Shown: positions 38,951 through 52,061 of the stretch, one piece after another | Layout of the letters: each line of letters starts with the position of its first letter | Numbering within the stretch: position 1 is the stretch's first letter | Source: Octopus vulgaris | Taxonomy: Eukaryota | NCBI GenBank assembly: GCA_951406725.2 | Contig: OX597814.1 | Location: forward strand, 196,602,001-196,666,000 | Direction of reading: 5' to 3' | DNA length: 64,000 nucleotides | The notes under the pieces: generated by a model | Told to the model about the DNA's origin: nothing | Database searches by the model: none | Seen by the model: the letters and a program-made list of their open reading frames with translations, nothing else | Program-made: the position numbers and the translations under genes

Positions 38951-39640
38951 CTTTCGTCAAACTCGCTTGATCACAATTACCCAATGAGCGGGAACCAGAA
39001 ACTCCGAGTAGCAGTTTTTGTGATAGGTCTGCAGCTTTAATAAAAAGAAGTATATTACTCTCTCTCAGGTATTTGAATACTAACTTCAGTCCCTGTTTTG
39101 CACATATGTAATTACACGTGGATATATATATATTTACATATATATATATATAAGTAGTTGAATGAATTATCCTAGTATGGATAATTCGGTTAACCGATAC
39201 CCGGGTATAAATTAATATGTTCTCAAAACGGCAGTAAATTACTGGGGTAGTATTTACATCCGGATTTTTAACGCGCGAGAATGAGGATATTTGAACGTAA
39301 CTGCAGATATAATCGGCTGTGTCATTCGCCTTTGTTCGGCATCGTGTAGATGTTGGCGTTCGACTCAGCAAATTATATTTTTTTATATACTCTACTGAAG
39401 ATCCAAAAATGATTATGTAAGTAACATTACACAATCTATATTTACGGTGAATCAATTGTATAGAGTTAATCTATTTTTTCGTTATTTTTCATTTGTCCTG
39501 CTCGCTTACATTCTTGGCGCGTTAAATTAATACTTGAGAACAATTCTTTAGTGGTGGATTCCCTTCGTGGATTTATATCTAGCGTTAGAGTGACCACATG
39601 TGGACTCTCTCTCATTACTTGTATATGTATATATATATAT

Positions 39641-39990
39641 AGGCGCAGGAGTGGCTCTGTGGTAAGTAGCTTGCTAACCAACCACATGGTTCCGGGTTCA
39701 GCCCCGGGCCTTGTGAGTGGATTTGGTAGACGGAAACTGAAAGAAGCCTGTCGTATATATGTATATGTATATATATGTGTTTGTGTGTCTGTGTTTGTCC
39801 CCCTAGCATTGCCTGACAATCGATGCTGGTGTGTTTACGTCCCCGTCACCTAGCGGTTCGGTAAAAGAGACCGATAGAATAAGTACTGGGCTTACAAAGA
39901 AGAAGTCCTGGGGTCGATTTGCTCGACTAAAGGTGGTACTCCAGCATGGCCGCAGTCAAATGACTGAAACAAGTAAAAGAGTAAAAGAGT
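39641..39990 (+). mobile_element. SINE family A lacking the CORE-like block
   Basis: GGGTTCAGCCCCGGGCCTTGTGAG joins the head directly to the post-core segment. Confidence 0.9.
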
Positions 39991-40266
39991 ATATATATGT
40001 ATATGTCAAGTCTATATTTAAACATTTCAATTCCTCCTTTGAAGAAGGAGCTGGTTTCTAACAAAGATACAAAGATACATCGTTGAACTGTAGATAACGA
40101 AAACAATTTTAAACCTGAGGAAAAGCTTTCATAATTTTACTGTTCCGGTTACAGATTGTATTTGTAAGGTGCTAATCAATTGGTTAATCTTTCTTTCTGA
40201 ACATCCAAGCTGATCCAGACTGACAGGTAGGGCATTTACGCACAAAAACAAAAGTATCAATTATTA

Positions 40267-40890
40267 TCTATATATATAAGACTCAACTTGTGTGTCTGTG
40301 TGTGTATCTTAGTGTGTGTCTGTGTGTTTAACTTTGCGACACATCTCCTCTTAGCCAACAAATTGTAGAACCACCAAAAATGGGTCACTTAAAGTTTAGG
40401 CGAATGAAAATTGAACTGTGCTATTTCTGATCCGAACTTCATCTCACAAGTGCAAAAATCGATAATGTGTTTGTTTTGGCCTTATCCCATGCATTGAATA
40501 GTGAACTTTACTCAGTCAGCTGTTTGACGTAAACTGTGTTCACCACGCGTGCAAGCATGCGTAAATTGCATGAAAAATAAAAAATCAAGATATATATATG
40601 AATCGCCGTAAACATTGTAGAAATTCGGCAAAGAAAGGAATTTTCGGGCTGTAGCCTGGAGGACTTTTTCGTATTAATCGTTTGGACTTTGTGAACACAT
40701 GCCAATTGTTTTCATAACATTTTTAACGCTTTGAATTAAATGTGACCATTTTGCGTTGAGTCTAGCAGGCCGGATTTTTGATCATCATGATACATCGCCA
40801 TCGACTCCCTAAAAATCTCCCCTTAAATCCCCGTTGAGAAATCTATATATATAAAACTCAACTTGTGTGTCTGTGTGTTTAACTTTTAGA
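40267..40890 (+). mobile_element. Helitron-like 5' segments (two heads)
   Basis: A|TCTATATATATAA.ACTCAACTTGTGTGTCTGTGTGT at 40267 and 40842; no hairpin-CTAG end seen. Confidence 0.55.
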
Positions 40891-40935
40891 TCTACCAAAT
40901 TTCATTATTAAGGATGGAAAGTAGTGTGTAGCAAA

Positions 40936-41323
40936 TCTATATATATAAAGCTAAAGTTGTCTGTGTGTGGGAGGTTTGGTAGCCTTCAACTAATACTATC
41001 TCCTTCGAGACCCTGCAGCGCAAGTTGACCAAAATTGAGAGTATGATAGAAGAAGGCTTGCTCTTCATTCTGTAAAAGATAAAATTCAAATCGGACCATG
41101 TTAACACCAAAATTATTTACATCAAAAAGGTGCTTTTTTTCTATGAATATCCCTGTTTTTTACGATTTTTTACTGCTGTGTCACCATTTTTCAGTGTATT
41201 GCAACTGGAAAAATGTTCACTTTAAGAGAATAACAAGTTGCATAATGCAAAATTTTTACTTTTCAAAAATCCCAATTCTAAAGGGTCGAAACAAACCCAA
41301 GCAACATTGGGTGATACTGCTAG
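40936..41323 (+). mobile_element. Non-autonomous Helitron
   Basis: A|TC start, subterminal hairpin CCCAAGCAACATTGGG (41296-41311), CTAG|T end. Confidence 0.8.
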
Positions 41324-41439
41324 TATTGTATAAATGTGATTTTGTAATCCAGATATTGAAGCTGGAGGTTTCGAAGCAGCTGTCCGTAATTATTTCCTTT
41401 CTCTGATTTTCAAAGAGATATTCACATCAGCATGGCAGC

Positions 41440-41509
<70 letters not shown>

Positions 41510-41559
41510 ATGTATATATGTACGTACGTATGTATGTATGTATTTATGTATTTGTATCA

Positions 41560-41950
41560 TTATTGAGTTTATTTCAAGATTTCTTGCCAATACATAAAGA
41601 ACCGTTTACTAACATAGATTCCAAGGCTCCTTCTTTGAAATTTCAACATCATTAATAGGGTAATTTTTATGTATGTATGTATGTATGTATGTATGTATGT
41701 ATGTATGTATGTATGTATGTATGTATGTATGTATGTATGTATGTATGTATGTATGTATGTATGTATGTATGTATGTATGTATGTATGTATGTATGTATTG
41801 TATGTATGTATTGTATGTATGTATTTAGGTATGTATATATGCATGTATATATGCAGTTTCTTTCAAGATATCTTTCCAATAGAGAAAGGGCCGGTTTCTG
41901 AACTGATCCAAGTCTCCGTTTGAATTTCAACATCAACAACAGAGTATTTT
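41560..41950. repeat. Two diverged ~100-bp direct repeats separated by (TATG)n
   Basis: AGTTT.TTTCAAGAT.TCTT.CCAATA..GAA.TTTCAACATCA at about 41566 and 41855; related piece at 40020-40090. Confidence 0.65.
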
Positions 41951-42485
41951 TGTATGTATGTATGTGCAGATTTGTATGTTTTTATGTATGTATTGTCATT
42001 CATATAGTGGCATATCAAGACATGCTCATATAGATTTAAATGATAAACTTCTGGAAAGTTTTACAGATTTTTACAGTTCTACTGATGGATTGGATTTATA
42101 GTCTTCGGATTAGTTTTCTCCTTTCTGGTTTGAGAAGCCTAATTTATCAAGATTGGTATTTAGTCAGTATGATACATATCGCAGGGCCCTCAAAATTACA
42201 GGTATAAACCTGAACTTGTAATCTGGATAGAGCAACTGCATGTACGTATGTATGTATATGTGTGTATGTGTGTATGCATGTATATGTTGGTTTGTGTGCG
42301 AAATAATTTGTGTTATATATCCCATATTTTCCTTAACTTTTATATTACCGGTCCATTTTTGACGTTTGTTTCATTTCTAAACATAATTCAACACACTGCT
42401 GACACGTTGTGCATGGTCAATGATTAAATATCTCCTTTACTGAACTATAATCGTTGTGTCTACATTGACCTATGTCGATTCAATC

Positions 42486-42581
<96 letters not shown>

Positions 42582-43054
42582 TATACACACATTTTTGTGT
42601 ATGTGCTGTAGATATATTCAGCCTCTCGCTCCCGTATACACACGCACAAGAGCAGCTCAACATTTTTACAGTACGACCTAATACACCGCTTGAACTTAAC
42701 ACTCACCGTCCTTTCTTTCACAGCTTCTACTTTCATTTATTTCATTTTATTTTATTTTCTACTTCTTAATCTTATTAATTTTAATTGATTTCGTTATAAC
42801 TTTAATTTAATTTTTAATATTAATTTTTGAAATTAATTTTGGTTTCTTTTTTTAAATATCTTAAATTATAAAAAAGAATATTTTTTAATTTGTTAGCTTA
42901 ATTTAATTTTTTTTAATTTTGTATTTCTTTAAGTTTTTATTTTCAATTTATCTACTCCCACACTTCTACACAGTCATATACAAGACTTAGACGCCTTACA
43001 CACTACATCCGTATCTACCCCTATACACATTCACATACACATACCCGTTTCCCA

Positions 43055-43215
43055 GCAGATATGATCAACGGAACAGCTTGCTCGTGAAATTAATGTACGT
43101 CTAACGTAGTTCTCGGGGAGATTCAGTTTGACATAGAATGTAACAAAGCTGGCCCTTTGAAATACACGTATAACTCATTTTAACCAGCTGTGTGGACTGG
43201 AGCAACGGGAAAAAA
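43055..43215 (-). mobile_element. SINE family C-related fragment
   Basis: Shares ACAGC.TGCTCGTGAAATTAA..AACGTAGTTCTCG..GCTGGCCCTTTG with 51430-51770 but has a different central part. Confidence 0.7.
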
Positions 43216-43648
43216 CATCTTACAACTGTTATTAACTCGTTCACTTCATTCCATCATACACACGTCACTCACACAAACACAAGCATGCATATACAAAGAT
43301 ACTGCCACACACACATAAGCATACACACGTGCACACTGACCATTTAGACACTGGCCATTTTACACTCTCTTGCCTTAAAAAAACATTTTCTTTATCCCTC
43401 TCCACTTCCGGTGAGTTATTTTTCAGCCAAGTAACGACATGAGCTTTTCTCGGTGTATCATTTTCCTTCTCTCTGGATTCTTTCTTTCCTGTTTCTTCTC
43501 TCAGACGATGTGCCATGCTCGAAACGTCACAGCCCCCTCTTTTTTCCATCTTAAATTTTCTTTGAGTGTTAATCTAATATATTCGCTATGTACGTCAGTA
43601 CGTCCTTCTGACTTTTGTTGCTGTTACCACATTTCATTTTTGATTTGA

Positions 43649-43695
<47 letters not shown>

Positions 43696-43704
43696 TTTAT
43701 ATAT

Positions 43705-44144
43705 AGTAGTTGTATACTGTCAACTTAATGTGATGGTCCCATGAAGGGAATCACACCACTGCTATTTAGCCCTAGGAAGCATCAACGCTTCCTGTCGCCC
43801 TTGACACATTTCCTGTGTTCTTATATTTACAAGGGGAGGCAAGCACCTTCACCCAGCTAAGCCTGAATTCAGAGACTAGTTTCTGAGTCATTGCTCGTCT
43901 TCAGTCTGGTGTAGCATGGCCTGCTATTTGGAGATGCCTGTCTAGCCTTTGTAAACATAAGAACTTTAGTGAAATAAATTCACTGATTACAAAAATAGAA
44001 ATATTACATTTCTAAATAACTCAGGGAGATATAAGCAGTAGTGGTGCGATAGAGTAGTTGTATACTGTCAACTTAATGTAACAGTATACAACTACTCTAT
44101 AGTACCACTACTGTTTATATATCTCTGGGATATTTAGAAATGTA

Positions 44145-44148
<4 letters not shown>
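43705..44148 (-). mobile_element. Hammerhead-containing pLTR-like unit with terminal direct repeat and fold-back end
   Basis: 27-bp direct repeat at 43705-43731 and 44053-44079, internal hammerhead, inverted repeat 44001-44148, (TA)n on both flanks. Confidence 0.65.
43870..43908 (-). ncRNA. Minimal type I hammerhead ribozyme, canonical core
   Basis: CAGA-CUGAAGA-CGAG(CAAUGA)CUCA-GAA-ACUAGU-C-UCUG. Helix I is 4 bp, helix II has a C-A mismatch at its base, helix III is palindromic, site GUC. Confidence 0.75.
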
Positions 44149-44198
<50 letters not shown>

Positions 44199-44292
44199 GA
44201 AGGTTGAAAAGGAACACACGTGTTGATATGTATAAGGAAAAAAAGTCAAGTCAAGGTAGAAGATGCTAAATTAATTTTTATCATAAAAACAT

Positions 44293-44332
44293 TTCAGTAC
44301 CAGTTTCGGTCATTGAGACTTTTTCAACTGTA
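44293..44332 (-). ncRNA. Minimal hammerhead motif, U3-A8 type
   Basis: CAG-UUGAAAA-AGUC(UCAAU)GACC-GAA-ACUGGU-A-CUG; one mismatch at the helix II base and a near-palindromic helix III. Confidence 0.55.
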
Positions 44333-44599
44333 AGTATGGAAGAGAATTAAATTTTGGGAAAATTAAAAGAAAAGTTTTCTAAAAGAATATTTGTATAATA
44401 TTCAAATACAAGGGGCATTTTCCTTGTTTCTGCCTGTCTCTGTCTCTCTTGTTTACTCTTGTGAGTTTATAATATTATGTTATATCATTAACTTGGTGCA
44501 GCTTGTTGTTCAATTGTTGCTGAATTTAAAAAAAAAATTTATATTTACATATAGCATACGAATAAATTGTTTATTCTTTATTTTACAGCTTTGATGTTG

Positions 44600-45545
44600 T
44601 GTGACGAAACCTTGCAAATAGAGCTATTTTACGGTCCCTGTGGATAAAAGAACTGAGTGCAAGAGCAGTGGACGGATATACTGATGTTTCGGAATCCTCA
44701 GGAACTATTAATGAACGTGTGGAACAAAGCTGGTTCAGATATTTCAAGACAGATGACACCAAACTCAAAGACAAACCATGGTCAGAGAAATATTCTTTTG
44801 TGGAAGATGATTGAACAATAGCCCAGCACAAGTACTCGTACGTTGTAGCCAGAACGTGCTCTTTCACAAAGCACCTCCATTTGATACCTCCACGATTCGA
44901 CCTTGTGATCAAATGCTGTAGAGAAACTCCTCATGAAGTGATCAATGACGAGGCTCAACGACGTATGGATATTTGTAAGCAACTTCTTGCAAATTCGCGA
45001 GATACCCGTTTTTGGAGTCGAATGGTACCTGGAAATGAAAAGATGAGCTATTTTCTTAATCCTAATAAGAGAAAGCAATGGATTCGTTCCAGCCAGGCTT
45101 AACAACCTTTTTATCAAACAAGAGCAGTTTGAACAGAAAATTGTGTTCTGTATTTAGCAATTTCAAAGAGGTGTTGCACTCCGACCTTGTCCCACATGTC
45201 CATGCAGTGGATACTAGCCTTTATGCTCAACAACTGCATCGTGCATGCGATGATTTGGAAGCCAGCTATGTGGCAATGATGAATCGAAGCCGTGTTCTCA
45301 TACACCATTAAAATGCTCCAGTACATAGTGCCAAAATGACGAAGTTCAAACCCGAGGAACTTGGAGGTCTGAAGAACTCAACCTCCGTACAATCCAGGAT
45401 TTGCACCATCATATCACCTCCCTTTCTGAGTCATGGATAATTTCCTTCTAGGATGGACTTTCAATAATGTCGACGGGGTTGAAAAGGTTGCAGGGTGTGT
45501 TTTTCTTCTATACCAGCACAATGATATAACCGTAGAATTGAGCTT
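44600..45545 (+). pseudogene. Mariner transposase pseudogene
   Basis: WFRYFKTDDTKLKDKP, ETPHEV (WVPHEL), RMDICKQLL, RMVPGNEK (VTGDEK), RKQW, YAQQL, HH*NAPVH, PPYNP.LAPSYHL-like; multiple frameshifts. Confidence 0.85.
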
Positions 45546-45805
45546 CTGAATTTTAATCGTTTTAATTCTAATAGCCTTAACATGAGTATATGACCCGTAT
45601 TAAGATACACGTAGATCACCTCAGTATTATGTGGTCACAAATCTAATGTCCTTTGTATCTAACATTCCTGACCTGCTTCCAAAATTATCGAAAATATAAA
45701 AATTTCATTACATTAAATATAATTAGTAACTTCATACACATACATATACATACAGAAACACAGGCATATACGTGCGTATGCATGTATATATATATATAAA
45801 TATAT

Positions 45806-46016
45806 TTTTTCTTAATACTAATAAGAGAAAGCAATGGTTTCTTTCCAGCCAGGCTTCACAAACTTTGCATCAAACAAGGGCAGTTTGAACAGAAAGTCGT
45901 GTTCGGTATGTAGAAATTTCGTGGGAGTGTTGCACCCTGAGCTTGTCCCATATGTCCATGCAGTGGATGCTAGCCCTTATGTTCAACAACTGCATCGTGC
46001 GAGTGGTAATTTGGAA
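45806..46016 (+). repeat. Diverged second copy of mariner segment 45050-45260
   Basis: TTTTCTTAAT.CTAATAAGAGAAAGCAATGG..CAACAACTGCATCGTGC aligns along its length. Confidence 0.85.
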
Positions 46017-46625
46017 CAGAGAGAGAGAGAGAGAGAGAAATAGAGAGAGAGAGAGAGAAATAGAGAGAGAGAGAGAGAAATAGAGAGAGAGAGAGAAAGA
46101 AAGAGGCAGATAGATAGACATAAATGTGTATAGGTTATTTCAGAATCTGTATCGTATAACGTAGATAAAAAATTGTTCGTCTTTAGGGTAGACAGAAATA
46201 ATACAGATATTTTTTTTCAAATGCGAAAATGCAAAACATATGTCACCAGCAAAAGTAGGTGAATGCAACGAGACAATTCGCTTTATAAGAAGAAATAAAA
46301 ATGAAGTAATGATGTTGGATCCATCAACAGATAAATTTTTGTTGACTTCGTCTCTTTTTCTCGAACGAGGTTTAGCGACGAATACTGCATGCCCACCACA
46401 TTCACATACACATGGATACATGCATATATACATAAACCAAGAGAGACAGATAGATACTTTTATATATATATATGCATCCACATATATATATATATACATA
46501 CATATATATATATATATACATATATACATATATGTTATAATTATATATATATATATATATACATATATACATATATGTTATAATTATATATATATATATA
46601 TATATACATATATACATATATGTTA

Positions 46626-46773
<148 letters not shown>

Positions 46774-47400
46774 GTATGTATGTGTGTATGTGCGTGTGCG
46801 AATGCATGTTTATGTGTTTGTGTGCGCTTATCCACATACACATAGGCGAGTGCGCACGCAGACGAAGACGTACAAGGACGCACTGGCCTATATATACATT
46901 TGAGTATGCATGTGTGTATTTGTGCGCAATCATCGATAGCCTGTCGTATTGAAGCGAAGGTAAAAATAAAATACTCCTCTTTCTTTTTAATTTCTAAGCG
47001 GAAACCACTTAAAAATATTTAATTAGTGAATGATGCTTTCGAGAAAATGTAATTGCTTTCCTGTTGGTCGGAAGGTGGCAGCAACAATTTTCGTTAACAG
47101 ACAAATATCTTACGGCTCAGTACAGAAATGGTTTTTTTTTTCTGCCAAAAATGCGAAATATAATTAAACAAACTAGTCGTTTAATTCTATTCAGACATTT
47201 GCAGTTTCACACGTCATCTGCATCTTTCTTTTTTCTAGTTCTTGCGCTCACTCAGAGACAAGTACATAAAACCATACATCTATATATACATATTTACATG
47301 TATACATATATACATTAACATAACTGAATGTATACAATCATTCGTACATATATACATAGAACCAAAACACATACACAAGCACAAACATATATATAGATAT

Positions 47401-47479
<79 letters not shown>

Positions 47480-47496
47480 ATATATATATACATTAT

Positions 47497-47538
<42 letters not shown>

Positions 47539-49009
47539 TGTATAAGTACAGTGAGACATGTGCATGTTTTTGCTTTATATGATTTCTGAATTTGTTTATA
47601 TTTATGTATATCAAATACTAAAATTAAGCTTGCCCCAATTTATCGTTGCCAAATATTACAACCTGAGTTAACAAGACTACGTTTAAAAAAAAACATGTCA
47701 AGTAACGGCCATTTTAAACTTGTTGACGATTGAATTTTACCAGTAGATAATTGTGAAACCAGCCCTTCAAATGGAACCTTAAAATTAGGCCAAAAATTTA
47801 TTCTTCTTAACGATACTGGAATTTATATTATGATGCATTCTAACAAGTTTCAGTGATGTCTCCTGTTGTTAGAAGTGGAACATAATCTTTAACTGGTTAG
47901 TTATAACGGAGCCGCAATGTATAGCTTGAATGTTGCTTAGAGATTTGAATATTGTTTTGAATCCACTTAGAAGTAAACGCAGCTCCTAAAACATTGGTGT
48001 ATACAGATATAATAATTTCAACATGGCATGGTTTACTCATTTTTGTAATTGTCTAATTCAAAGAAAGATATGAAAAGACCATGGAATATATTGTGTTACT
48101 TCTAAACCAGTAAGGTCGAGGTTTTTGATACTGGATTTGAAGGTGTATTGGTTAATGAATACGGGAGAGTTGCGTGTTTATTGCTAGCTTTAAAGGTAGC
48201 AACTCTTGGACAGGAAAGACTAAACGATTCTTTTATATTGGCGACTGAGTATTGAGTGGAAGCTTTGTCTGGTGCTCAAATACAGAAAAGTATATATTGT
48301 TGTAGTAAAGGTTGAAGACATAGTGAAAAGAAATATCAAGTGTATCAGTTAAAATCTCTTGCCAAAATATTATCCACAGAGAAATCTCAAAACAAAGAGA
48401 CATCAACAGGGAAAGGAACAGTATCTTCGATGGCATTTATATTCAGCAAAGACACTCTGATTGGTTAACAAATAAAATAAATGACTCCAGTGTATATAAA
48501 ACCATTGGAAAAACGCTTTTAGTTGAACACTATATCAATCGGTTAGATGAAAATGTGTTAAGATCTCGTTGGTTGTGAAATACAATCAGGCGGAGAGGGT
48601 TCCTTGGGTGCTTAAGATTTAAGTCCCTTGTTTCGAAAGAATAACATTTACATGATATATCTCGAAGAAAACATCTCTTCTCTAATAGGCATACCCAGTT
48701 TCACACACATATAAATACATATGCAGACACATATACAAAAAGACATGCATATTTCTATGTCTATTTATGTTTCTGTGTCTGTATGGATTGCACTTGGACA
48801 CCCAGACACTCATAGACGCATGTATATATATATGTATATATATATATATACTAAACAAAATGATGTAACAAAGCCTAGGGTGTGAAGAGTTTTCAGAGCA
48901 TTTATAAAGAAAAAGATATAGATATGGTCTTCCACCATCGTTAAAGAAAAGATAGAATAATTAACAACAACGATATCAATAATAGTGATAATATTAATAA
49001 TAATACTAA

Positions 49010-49049
<40 letters not shown>

Positions 49050-49579
49050 CATACACACATACACACATATATATGTATGCATGTATGTATGAATGTATCT
49101 ATGTATCTAGAAGATGATGTGAATAAACATTTCAAGCAAAATCGTTTGTCGCCGACAAAGTTTATTTTGGTTTGCCCTTGGCTTATCGCGAACTAAAGAA
49201 CAATATTAAGAAAAGATAATTCATAAGCTACATTAACTTTTGTTTACTTCCAGACTTATCTCTGTGTTCTTTATTCTAAGTGGGCTAGCCTACATGAATA
49301 TCCATTAACATATGTACTTTTATATATAACATTGCCGGACAATTGTATTGACCTAAAATAATTTCTTATAGATTCTGTGTGTAAAAACATATCAAACTGG
49401 GATCGAAATTATGCCAGTAGATACTCTCAGTGTTGTTACGTATGATTAACCCTCCTCAGTAAAACACACCGCATCATTCTTCGTAGTCTGTTCGGAAACT
49501 TTGTTATATATGTAAACAATAAAAATTTATCGGCTAACGTGCAAATAGGTTTTGCCAAGCCATAATTATTTCATAAAAA

Positions 49580-49637
<58 letters not shown>

Positions 49638-50333
49638 ACGTGTGTTAGTTTTTGTGCACACATAAAACGGTCTCTCTGTAAATCACAGGAGATACCATTG
49701 TATTAGGCGTGTTAGAGTTGTTTTCAATAGTTTTTTTTTTGGGCTGTGAATCAAGTGAATGTGTATCGTGACAGCAAACATATTATAGTTAAAAATGTCT
49801 ACCTGACAGAACACATGACACAGCTATACGTGATCTGAAAAAGATGTGAAAAATAATGGAAACTGTATGTTTTTGTCGTTGATCACATGTTCGATTTAAC
49901 TTAATATTTTAACGGAAAAGAATCACTATAGAAATACTAAATATACTTACCAGCATATACTAAATTTTGTAATGTATTATTATGGCATATTTGATCCATT
50001 TAGACATAATTTCTATGTCATGCAAAATGAAAATAATAATTACGATGTAAACTAACGTTAGATGTTAGATAAGATTTAGGTGAAAAATTCAGATCCCATT
50101 TGGAAACAAAACAGACAAGCTAAGTGACAAAATAATGGATATATCTATAGATATTTATGTATAACATGTTTAGATATTGAAATTGTTGCATTTTTCCCTC
50201 TTACAGTGTACATAATTATCAAACGCCGTTGTCATACTAAAATGAAGTTGGGTTTGATAAACATGAATAAGAAACAGACGTAGAACTAATTAAAAATACT
50301 GTATATTTATACATACTTTCATATATATATATG

Positions 50334-50364
<31 letters not shown>

Positions 50365-50681
50365 GTAGACATATATATTCATATATATGTTCATATATAT
50401 ATATACACACACAGACATATATATCTATATATATATATATGTATTTATGTATTCATACATACGCACACACACACATACACACATATACATATATATATAT
50501 ATACACACATATGTGTATATGTAAATATATATGTATATAATATATAATGTATATATATGTGTTTGAGGCGTGGTTGCGTGTGTTTACAAGTGTGTGCGTG
50601 TTTGTGTATATGAATCTATATGAATCTCTCTATGTGTGTGTCTCTATGTGTGAGTGAATGTGCGTGTTGTGTATATGTGGT

Positions 50682-50717
<36 letters not shown>

Positions 50718-51163
50718 ATAAAGTCCATACGTGTGTGTGTGTGTGGGTGTGTTTTCAGATGTGTACGACTCTAACAATATTACTGCAAATGCCAGATTCA
50801 GATTAATAATACGTAATTATGGGGTCTTGTGTATTGTTTCATAAATTAGTTCATATCACTCCTGTTCAGAAATAAAGACATATCTACGAATACGGGAACA
50901 TCGAATGAATGACGTCTATAGATCTAAATAATTGCAATGGAGACCTGAATTATAGATACGTTATGTACGCGAATTAGATACTAAATATTTATTACAAACA
51001 CTATGTTTCATTGGTTAAATGTTGTATTTTTTTTTGTGTTAATATCGCATTTGTCCATCATTTTCGACAATTCGATATTTCCACAGATATGTGCATGCCG
51101 AAGCGTATCTCTTTTTATAATATGCGATGATATATGCATGCACATTTGTCCATATGTGTGTGC

Positions 51164-51256
<93 letters not shown>

Positions 51257-51330
51257 GTACAGGGCGTCACAAAACGTAAACGACATGAAATACAAAAACG
51301 TCACGCATCCATTTCCAAGTAAGTTTATCT

Positions 51331-51385
<55 letters not shown>

Positions 51386-51429
51386 GAATATATCATGGCA
51401 CTTCGTCGGTTATATATATATATATATGT

Positions 51430-51768
51430 TGATCCGATGAAAGGGACAGCCTGCTCGTGAAATTAACGTGCAAGTGGCTGAGCCCTCCACAGACAAGTGT
51501 AACTTTAACGTAGTTCTCGTGGAGAGTCAGCGTGATACAGAGTGTGACAAGGCTGGCCCTTTGTAATACAGGTACAACAGAAACAGGAAGAAAGAATGAG
51601 AGAGTTCGTGGGGAAAGAGGACAGCAGGGTTCGCCACTACCTCCTGCCGGAGCTGTATGGAGCTTTAGGCGTTTTTGCTCTTTAAACACTCACAACAGCC
51701 AGCCTGGGAATCGAAACTGTGATCCTACGACCGCGAGTTCGCTGCCCTAACCCCGTGCCGTTGTGACT

Positions 51769-51770
<2 letters not shown>
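51430..51770 (-). mobile_element. SINE family C (tRNA-derived)
   Basis: Minus strand GGAG..GGTTAGGGCAGCGAACTCGCGG..GTTTCGATTCCCAG tRNA-like head; 3' part shared with 43055-43215. Confidence 0.75.
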
Positions 51771-51803
<33 letters not shown>

Positions 51804-51905
51804 TAGATAGATATATATATACACATATAAATATGCATACATATATATTGATGTATATATATAAATATATTTAATAATGTATATATATATATACTTATAC
51901 ACGGA

Positions 51906-52061
<156 letters not shown>

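Noticed and set aside
38943-39455. 170-aa minus-strand ORF
   Set aside because: No recognisable motif; it runs through a TA run and into a decayed SINE.
41352-41440. CTGATGT-GAA..TTC-GAAACCTC with AAGCTG/CAGCTT on the minus strand
   Set aside because: A9 is missing and five extra bases separate helix I from the core; possibly a relic but too degenerate to call.
47700-48450. Possible further retroelement fossils here and at 16500-16720, 27150-27400 and 36000-36330
   Set aside because: Motif-like words are too weak to support by eye.
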